A DNA stretch of 59,493 nucleotides from Nemertoderma westbladi (Eukaryota > Animalia > Xenacoelomorpha): NCBI GenBank assembly GCA_032718475.1, contig JAUCBJ010003235.1, positions 1-59,493 on the forward strand, in the 5' to 3' direction. The position numbers were made by a program, and so were the translations under genes. Positions within the stretch are counted from its first letter, which is position 1. Every line of letters begins with the position of its first letter. The notes under the pieces are model-generated. The model did not search any database. It was not told the origin of the DNA and saw only the letters and a list, made by a program, of their open reading frames with translations. Shown here in pieces: positions 50,667 through 59,493 of the stretch.

Positions 50667-50892
50667 CTGCAATTATAAAGTATAAAATAAAAGATCCGTG
50701 AAGAAAAGACACAAGTAAATTTATTTTATTTTATATTGGAGCAGATGTAGGCCTAACTGCTGTTTAATTACGAAACTTACATTCTCCCATGTAACCTGAA
50801 CCCATATAGTCACAAAGTCTATTAAATACATATCCCCTCACCGCTTCCCCTTCTCAGCGTTACTAATTATTAGTTGTAGGCGGCCGTCGTAC

Positions 50893-51069
50893 CTTTTTAT
50901 AATGTTCTTGGTTTCCAGGGATATTTACTCCAATCCCAGAATGCAACGATCCACCACCGCCGGGCTGCAGTGTAGCACTCCGATGACTCATTGTGTAGCG
51001 AACCTTATCGGATGAGTCATCCAGATCAGAGTAACTCATAGAGGACGATGGCTCTTCTATAAACGTCGT
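50893..51069 (-). CDS. LMTK: LMTK/AATK-like kinase, internal exon
   Basis: ccccag acceptor, AAG/gtacga donor, 177 nt open in phase 0-0 (TTFIEEPSSSMSYSDLDDSS...). Confidence 0.65.
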
Positions 51070-51867
51070 CTGGGGAGGAATACAACATTAACTATTTATA
51101 AATTAGAGTAGACCTCGTCAATAACATCTTTTAGACTGAGACACTTTTTTATGGCTGTACTAGTAACTAGTATCTGGCACATTTTTTTATGACTGTACTG
51201 CAGCAACTATATGTGGCACATTTTTTAGCGTTTTAAAGCAGTGAGTATGAGAGGTAATTAGTATGATAAACATGTGGGTGTGCCAAAATGTTTATACGTC
51301 TGCTTGTGACAAACTTATATCTGATTACATTAAAATTGTCATATCTTCCTTTCTGTTAAAATTGGAAATTTACCGCACTTCATTAACAAAATTTTATCAT
51401 TGAATTTTGGTAGAAATATAAACTAACTAAAACAAATAGTGGATGAGCGCTACACAATTATTGTCGGCTATTTAAACGATTTTTCACAATGAAAATTTGG
51501 ATTTTCCGTTCGTTTCTTTTCTAAAAATAACGTTTTCCTTCGCTTCTAAACGTTTGACTTGTAAATTTTATTTATAATTATGTAAAATTAGTTAAAGGGG
51601 AGTAAATGATTATGTTCCTCTAGCGTTACTGATACGGTTAATATAGAAAAATTCACGGAAATATTCAAACCAGTTGATTAAAAATTGTAAATGTAGTTTA
51701 ACATAGTAAATTTTGCTATCAACAATATTTCGAGAGAGATGGTACACCTCGTTGGTTTTATTGAGTAATATAAATTTCAATATGTCTCATTAAATTAAAT
51801 TTGTAATAACTCGAAAACTAAAATAGACATTAAGATATAGAAAATCCCCCCGATACCGTTCACCTAC

Positions 51868-52562
51868 CTGTAGAAGGTCTGGGTTGGATCGCAATAGACT
51901 CTTATTGACCTTCCCGTCGAGTCGCCCTCTAGCGGTCAACGAATCGAGAAGAGACGAAGCGGGGCTGAGTGATTTGAGTCTATCGGAATTCTCTAGCGGC
52001 GACTCCTGGAATTCATCATTACCATCGACTTCCTCCGTCTCCTTAAGGAACTCGTCGATAACATTGAGGTCAACGACCTCCGAGTCGCCCTGAGGTCCCG
52101 CCGTAATGACGTCATCACTCAACAGTCGCTTAGCAACGACAATAAAATCGTCTTCGAACCCAGCAACGCGAGGTTCGTCGACGAAGTTGTCGGTGAATCC
52201 GACAGAATCGTCGGAAATCCGGGGAAGACCGGACGCGGAGTCACTCCGACTCCGTGCCGGTACCGCGGACATTGGGACCAACGCCCGCCACTTGGCGTCG
52301 AACTCGGGACTGTCGATTCGCGTCTGGTTGGACTGGAGGTGAGCCAACAGGGAGACTGCGTCCTGGGCTGTGGGCCGGTCGCCCGGCGACAACCAACACA
52401 ACCTCATGGTCTCGTGTATACGCGCTGCTATTGGTCCGCTCTGCAGCGACGGGGGAGGCAGCACAACGGATCGGTCCACCAACACCAACCGCAGAACGTC
52501 TGAGTCACTCAGAGCCGAATAGGGTTGTCTTCCGTACTCAAGCAGTTCCCATAGCAACACAC
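51868..52562 (-). CDS. LMTK: LMTK/AATK-like kinase, exon with kinase subdomains IX-XI
   Basis: GVLLWELLEYGRQPY..SD..VL...LP.P.L...MRLCWLSPGDRPTA matches the AATK/LMTK pattern; attag acceptor, CAG/gtaggt donor. Confidence 0.88.
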
Positions 52563-54047
52563 CTAATCAACAAATAAAGAAGTCCAGTTCAACAGAACCA
52601 AATAATACTAATAATAATAATAATAACATGGCCTGGGCCGTTATGGCCTATTATGGGACGGGATGGTACTTCGGCATTGAACGACAGGGAATTCAATATA
52701 TTTTGTTTCTAAAATCTATAACTTTGGCCAAAAGTTAGGTTTTCAGCATTTAGAGTCATACCTAAAACCCTACGTTAAACAAACACCTATGGTTTCGCGT
52801 CATTAGGTCCTTTGCTGCAATATTCTGGTGTTTTTAAGGGAAAGGAGCAGGTTACACTGACATGTTATTCGAACCAAAACAATAAACGAGTCCAATTGTA
52901 CATGTTACAGTTTAATTATTGCTGGGAATAAATAGATTTATGGTAAGAAATAGCTTTACTGTAAATATATATAATTAAAACTAGTATAAATATATAGCAG
53001 CACCTACGACGCAGGACTGAACTAACGACCACTTGCTGGACCTGTACGTATTGTAATAACGTTTTATATTAGTTTTAGGTTAGAGTAGAAATCGTAATTG
53101 TGTAATATTGTATTTGTAACCAAGTAACACAAAGGACCCCCCATGGAAATAAGCTGTAAATCTTTAGGGGTCATCCTATATGTTACGTCGGACAATAGTG
53201 ACAATACCAATCATAATATTATCATATTATTTAATAATTAATTCAAAGTAAAATAATATAAAATCAATGTAAAATAATTTAAATTCAATGTAAAATAATT
53301 TAAATTCAATGTAAAATAATGTAAAAAATCAATGTAAAATATTGTAAGATCAATGTAAAATAATGTAAAATCAATCTAAAAAACGTCATTTTATAAGCAA
53401 ATTGTAATAAGCAAATTGGAAAAACCACTATTTACTGGTAAGTCTTATGTAGACTTAGTCAGAATAAATTATGGAACACATTGGTTTCAATGGGAGCGTC
53501 TCCGCTGGAAAATCGTAAGTTACGACCTATTAGTCGAAAGTGATTATGTTCCATGTTCCATCTTTTGACACATGACTCATGTGTTATATCCGGCAAGATG
53601 CCTGTGATTGGTTACCTACTTTGGGTATAAATATGCAGTAAATGTGAGACGCATCTTATTTTTTTTTTCAATTGACTGTGTGACCAATGGAACAAGGAGG
53701 CAATCATTTTGACATTAAGACACTAAGACACTTGACAGTTGACACTAAGACAACGATCTGTAACGACTTAACAGTGGAGCGCGGGCCTAATGATGCATTT
53801 ATTGCATTTCATAAAATATCTTCAGAACGACAAAGGGTTTAATTAGTTAATGTAAATTAAGACGGTTATTGTGAATTGTATATGAATATTACAGTAGGTG
53901 GTGTAACATATGGTGGGACCATTTTAGTTTGAATACCAGGTGAATTTTTTTTGGTAATGTGTAACATACCCATTAAGACTGCAATAGCTTTAATAAACAG
54001 GGTGGCTGTGAATTTTCCTTCGTTACATAGGTTAGTTAGGTTCCACC

Positions 54048-54240
54048 TTGGTGTATAGTGGTTTGCATTGGCGCTTGCATTGATTTCCAATCTATCTGGA
54101 GGTCGTGGGTTCGATCCCTGCGTGTGGGCCAAGACAGTTTTCGATTCGGAACGAATGGTTTGAAGGAGCTAACCAAACCATGGGGCATCTATGCCTTGCA
54201 TCCTTAAATGTTAGAGCTCTAACGGTCGAAGAAAACTCAT
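54048..54240 (+). mobile_element. Degenerate tRNA-derived SINE
   Basis: A-box-like TGGTGTATAGTGG and B-box GGTTCGATCC; no intact cloverleaf. Confidence 0.5.
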
Positions 54241-54575
54241 TTATATACTTTTTTACAAGTGTTGAAAAGTATCTTAAACTAATTGGTAATAATGTTTAAA
54301 AAATATATAAATTCTGATAATAATTTAACAAACTAATTGCAACTATCAAACTAGTTTGGAACCTGGTAATTCCGGTAAAATTCCGGACGGAATTGGCCCC
54401 ATTACGGCAATTCCGGCCGGAAACGAAATCGGGCAAAAACCGCCGGAATTCCGGCCGGAACGGAATTCCGGGACATCCCTACCAATAAGATTATTAAATT
54501 GATTTAAGATAATTAATTATATATATGCAATTAATTACTGAAATTCCACCTCCATACATAAATCTACTAACCGAA

Positions 54576-55989
54576 CAATACCATACAATATCAATACAAT
54601 ACAATACAATACAATACAATACAATACAATACAATACAATACAATACAATACAACATCATACAATAGGATTCTATTAAATCGCATCAGGGATTCACCATT
54701 GAGAGACTGCTCCGTGGAAATCAGAATGGGTTCCGTAAAGGTCGTGGGACCATGGAGCCCATTTTGGCACTTAGAAGGATAATTGAAGAGTTATCAAAAA
54801 AGAAAGACAGGCATCTGGCTGTTATCTATGTTGACATCTTCAAGGCCTTTGATTCAGTCTCTCGCTCACTTATGTTCAGCATGCTTTCATTATATGGGAT
54901 TCCTGATGAAATTATTGCAGCAATCAGATCAGTATATGATGGTTCGACAACATTTGTATCTACTGTTGACGGTGACACAGAACCATTTGAAGTGTTATGG
55001 GGCGTCCTCCAGGGAGACACACTTGCACCATTCTTGATCATAATTGTTGTTGACTATGTTCTACGCATGTCCTTAGATCATCATAATGATGATGGGGTGA
55101 TGATAACTCCACCTACTGGCTCCAGAAGTCGAGGAAATCCTGCCAAGTACCTAACTGATCTAGACTTTACTGATGACTTAGGAGTACTCTCAGAATCATT
55201 AGAGGGAGTCCAACGGCTCCTCAACTCATTAGAACATGCTGCTTCTAGTGTTGGTCTTTTTATTAACTCCAGAAAGACCAACATTTTGACAGTTAACTTT
55301 GAAAGTCCTCAGCAAGTCTCTGATCGGATGAGCATAAGCTCAAAGGATGGTATGCTTGAGCATGTGGACGACTTCTGTTACCTGGGATCATGGATCCGGA
55401 AGTCAGGTGAGGACCTTCGAATACGTAAGGGAAAGGCATGGGCAGCCTTGAATAGGCTTTCCAGGATTTGGAAGTCACCGAGAATTAATCGGAAACTTAA
55501 GGTCCGATTATTTAGAGCAGCAGTAGTTCCAGTACTCCTCTATGGGAGTCTATGCTGGGCTCTAACTGCTGAGGACACCAAATCTCTGGATGGCACATTC
55601 ACGAGAATGTTACGCCGGGTTCATTGTGTCAAGTACAATGCACACATCTCCAACCAGACACTATATAACATTGGATGTGTCTCATTGGTTCCCCCAAGCT
55701 TGACACTAGAACAAAATCGCCTCCGCTTTGCAGGACATTGCTTTCGCCGTGAGGACCAGCCAGTGCATAATCTTGTACTTTGGCAGCCTCATGGAGTGAA
55801 TAAGCATGGTGGACAGCCCATGACTTTCTTGAGACGCATCTTAAAGGACACTGGCCTTGAAGATGCGGATGATCTAGCAAATATCATGGATGATATGGAG
55901 TTGTGGCGGTGCAATTTTGTTGACAAGCCGGCACAGCATTCTAAAAATGCAGTTGCAATGCAGCATGCCGATCCTAGTAGTAGTAGTAG
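54576..55989 (+). mobile_element. 5'-truncated RTE-clade LINE, copy 2, with (TAG)n tail, 5' (CAATA)n tract and 11-bp TSD
   Basis: 420-aa RT ORF 54752-56014 (KAFDSV, QGDTLAP, DFTDD, YLGS), near-identical to copy 1. TACTAACCGAA at 54565-54575 and 55990-56000. Confidence 0.93.
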
Positions 55990-55996
55990 TACTAAC

Positions 55997-56189
55997 CGAA
56001 TGTCCACATGTTAGCTGGCTTTGTAAGATTTTTCGGCTCCAACCCTGTTGCGGTAATGGCCACTGACTCGTAAGCCAACCACCGTATCGGTACAGCTAGC
56101 TCCCCACCTTGTAGAACGTAATAATCGTCGCGATAATGTTCTTGGGCGAGACCGTATTCTCCTATCTTCACTGACAATTCCATAGTGAC
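55997..56189 (-). CDS. LMTK: LMTK/AATK-like kinase, exon with subdomains VII-IX
   Basis: tttcag acceptor; VTMELSVKIGEYGLAQEHYRDDYYV...VPIRWLAYE...NMWTF G; gttagt donor in phase 1 joins 52562 in frame. Confidence 0.9.
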
Positions 56190-56777
56190 CTGAAATGGTA
56201 TTATAAATGAAGGCCGAAGGGGATTCGTTTAGTGGTCTAACCCCCTCTCATCTATTAATTACGGTGGCTCATTGCGGCCAATTTAAATTGTAATCAAACT
56301 TTTCAATAAATTATTATCATTCAAAATTCATTTAAAAAGTTCAATTCAATTCAGGCTTTCAGTAGCTCTGCAAGGCCTGCCCATTGTCTTATACTATGCT
56401 GATGTCTGCTGCTGCACAGTACTTCCGCGGCATTAGGTCCTTTGGTCCTGCGACATACATCCTGCGGTCAGGTGGTGTCATATACCGGCACCTGGTGTCG
56501 CTAGAGAAACGAGGACGTTACAGTACAGTCAGTCAGTGACATATTATTCTAACCAAAACAATACACGAAAGTCAATTAATCACACAAGTACAGTTAAATT
56601 TTTGCCAGTAATATGCAGAACCTCTAACATAACAAAGGACGCCATGGCCATACACTGATACATTAATCTGTTAATGATGCGTTTCGTTACCTATAATTCA
56701 GTAATTCCGTAATTAGGCCTTCAACCTTTGCCGCATCCCCTACTGCCTACAGTATTCTGGTATTACTGGCAACCGCA

Positions 56778-58403
56778 ATGAGGCCCTCCCACCCAATTCG
56801 CCAGGCGAGTCACACGGGCTCGGTGGGGGGCGAGGACGGGGAGTGGTGGAACGAAACCTCCTACGTCTACGCAAGGAATCCATTCGACGAGGACGAACCC
56901 TCCGACTCGTTGGAGGGAAACATCGCGGGTTGGGACGCTTCCACGTTCCTTAGAGACTCGGTATCACGGCAACAGGCTTCGGATACAGTCCGCGTCGCCA
57001 GGGAGATGAAGGCCAGCGGGGTCTATAACGAGATCGCCGCCAACGACCCACACGACACCCTAGAGAGCTACATGGATGGGGTAAACCCGAGACGACTGTC
57101 GACTCAACCAGGTCGTTACGAATCCTTTCCAGCCGTCAAAAAACCCGAATTCAGTTCCGGTAAGGAAATATTTAGCAACGAATCAAACAGACGTTACGTA
57201 TCGCGCCGGTTACAGGCAATTAATTTAAACACAAATATCGATGTTTGGAAGTTATCCGACGACGATATCGAGCTTTCCAGACGTCTTATCGAGGTCATTG
57301 ATAACACGTTGCCGGCGTTGACACCGCGAGAAACTGTCGCAGCACTGAAAGCCGGTCGTCAGGTTTCTATACATCATTTACGCGGTCTGCAAGACAAACT
57401 CGAACTCATTAAATGGGCGAGTTCCTCCGATAAACTCAGTCTCAAGCCAGACTCGCAGACTTCCTCCAGTTGCCATGGTGACGCGCTACTTCGCTGTGTT
57501 ATCTTCCTGCGACAGACAACCTCCCCATCCATCTTCTTCCGAGAGATCGCGAAACTAAACGCAGCCGCTCAGACGTTCCTTTATTACCTAAAACGTCTGT
57601 CTCGTCTGGAACTCGCGAGGGATTTGCTGATGCAACTGGGTCGCAGAGAAGAAGCCCAACTCATCCACTACCAACACATTTGTAAAGAAACCGACCCGGT
57701 TCAATTATTATCCGACTTACAAGGTCTCGTTAAGTACTGGAAGACTAACGGACTTCTAGTCCCGATGATGGATAAAGTTGTGAGTCAACATTGTCGGCTG
57801 GTAGAGAAACAAATCGCGATAGAAAAGTTGGACAATTTTAGCGAGTCTGTCGAAATTTCCGACGACGGGACCACCAAGAAGATTCGACGTAGCGCCAAAC
57901 TTTCTGGAGGCAGTTTGTGTTCGACGCTGTACTACTGTTGTTTGTACCACTACGGTGAGCCGGAAGGGGCCATATCCAGCCCGTTGACAATTAAAACCTC
58001 ATTCGCATTGACGGACAAGCAATACCAGACGATGGCGGTAGGGGCGCGCGGTAAATGTTCCTCCTGGCACGATATAGAACGACTACTCACCACAAAGAGT
58101 TTATTTACTCGCGCCGATAAACTCAAACCGGCAATGAGTTTCCATTCGCTGTCCCTTATGTTGCACAGACTTAAAGCGCCCCCTGAGTTTATCTCGAAGT
58201 TCCTTAGAGGAATTTCGGATCGAGACGATTGTGTGAGACTGTCCCAGACCCTGGGTTGCCATGGCGTCGCTATAGAGGTGCTTAAGTCTGCACGAGACAG
58301 ACTAGGTTTGGTTGACTATAGGAATTCTTTGAAGCCCGGCACTAAAGAGTTCGATTACATAACTTTATTGCTTAAAGATTCAGCCACTAAATGGAAGAAT
58401 TAA
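56778..58403 (+). CDS. VIPAS39: Spermatogenesis-defective 39 homolog (VPS33B-interacting protein), single exon, 541 aa
   Basis: N-terminal E..WN.....F.++D motif, TLYYCCLYHYGE, C-terminal CH...I......DR..L..YR....G+.E...I..LL.....WKN as in SPE-39 proteins; intact ORF. Confidence 0.88.
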   Translation: MRPSHPIRQASHTGSVGGEDGEWWNETSYVYARNPFDEDEPSDSLEGNIAGWDASTFLRDSVSRQQASDTVRVAREMKASGVYNEIAANDPHDTLESYMDGVNPRRLSTQPGRYESFPAVKKPEFSSGKEIFSNESNRRYVSRRLQAINLNTNIDVWKLSDDDIELSRRLIEVIDNTLPALTPRETVAALKAGRQVSIHHLRGLQDKLELIKWASSSDKLSLKPDSQTSSSCHGDALLRCVIFLRQTTSPSIFFREIAKLNAAAQTFLYYLKRLSRLELARDLLMQLGRREEAQLIHYQHICKETDPVQLLSDLQGLVKYWKTNGLLVPMMDKVVSQHCRLVEKQIAIEKLDNFSESVEISDDGTTKKIRRSAKLSGGSLCSTLYYCCLYHYGEPEGAISSPLTIKTSFALTDKQYQTMAVGARGKCSSWHDIERLLTTKSLFTRADKLKPAMSFHSLSLMLHRLKAPPEFISKFLRGISDRDDCVRLSQTLGCHGVAIEVLKSARDRLGLVDYRNSLKPGTKEFDYITLLLKDSATKWKN

Positions 58404-59493
58404 TCCTTTTGTTATTATTGGATAGGCCTACTATTTCGAATTTATTTACTATTTGTATTTTAACTGTTTTTTTTATAAATTAAATATATTTGGTGATCTG
58501 GTCTTACAGAATTGTTTTGGTCCGCCATCACTACAGTAAGTACTAGGGATGCAACAGAGATAAAATTTCATCCACAGCCGGAACCCGGAGGTTACTTCGG
58601 GTTACAATATGAGCTCCGGCCGGAGACGGAGCCGGATATTTGGTGATTGATAATTTATTCCACTGTATTATTATAGCAGACAGATATGTGTTCATGAGAC
58701 GTGGGGGGGGGGGGGGGGGGGGGGGGGATTTGACGCAAATTCTTTCTCGGGGAATTATTATCTCGCCTCATTGTAATATTATCAAATAAGGGAAGTGAGC
58801 AGTTTACAGTGGCGCATGTTATTCTAAGAACCAAAACAATAAAGTAAAATCAATAGATCTGGTTACAGTTTTATTTTTGGGAGTAATCAGCAGTTATTTA
58901 CGTCGATGTTCTCCTGGAGAGGGATGCATTTTTATTGCGTCAAAACTCCCTATCTGGTGTTCATTGAGCTAAAATACTCGAATGTTTTAGACTAATTCAT
59001 GTTATTATGTCTACATATAATGGCTGCCATTTAGACAAATGTAACAAACTAACTGAATCATTTCAATGTTGTTGTTCAAAAATTTAAACAATTTCACATG
59101 ACGGTTGTCTGTCAGAGCTGTTACCGATCAGTATCCACCCATACATACTCAATTATTCACTTTACTCCTACGTCAAAAAACTTTCTCGCGGATTTTTATT
59201 TACCGAACGCTAGCGAGGTTAATTAGAGAGAATATTGAAAAAAAGTTATACGTTTATTTCTCATGTAATTAATTTTATTATTAAATTGGGACTTTTTTGT
59301 TGCTCAATTCTTTAATTAAAACATATAACAATATAGTATTATAAAATAAAACTACAGCTGTAGTATTTTACTATATTGCTACCATAGTTACTGAGATTCA
59401 AATTATTGTACTCTTCAACTCCTGATGTTGCTTTACTCCATTATAATATGTGTAATCTTCCATTAAATAATTTAGTGTTCATGAATATTGATT

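Noticed and set aside
16660-58872. Apparent same-strand bias of the ~80-bp dispersed motif
   Set aside because: A probable minus-strand copy exists near 45705-45742 and the minus strand was not searched exhaustively.

Overview
Eukaryotic genomic DNA from an animal, probably an invertebrate, with spliceosomal introns, AT-rich non-coding sequence and many repeats. The species cannot be determined from this window. Bases 1-5627 are the end of an apparently intact Polinton/Maverick (adintovirus-like) element. It carries a stop-free protein-primed PolB ORF of at least 1072 codons that runs off the left edge, so the ORF track missed it. It also has a PC4-like ORF, a 164-bp hairpin and an AGTAGT-type terminus abutting an AGTAG-based minisatellite. 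The element lies just upstream of the last three exons of a CDP-diacylglycerol synthase gene, so it is probably intronic. Other host genes are a 3-exon protein 4.1/coracle-family gene with an unusual ~700-aa hierarchical DxxG-R-x-P-G repeat region, the 3' four exons of an LMTK/AATK-like kinase (minus strand, EYG in place of DYG), and an intronless VIPAS39/SPE-39 nested antisense in an intron of the kinase. The rest is RTE, CRE and other non-LTR fragments, nested hAT/Sola2/Tc1-like non-autonomous DNA elements, Helentron-like and SINE copies, and six large tandem arrays. All calls come from manual reading, translation and recalled motifs; no database search was run.
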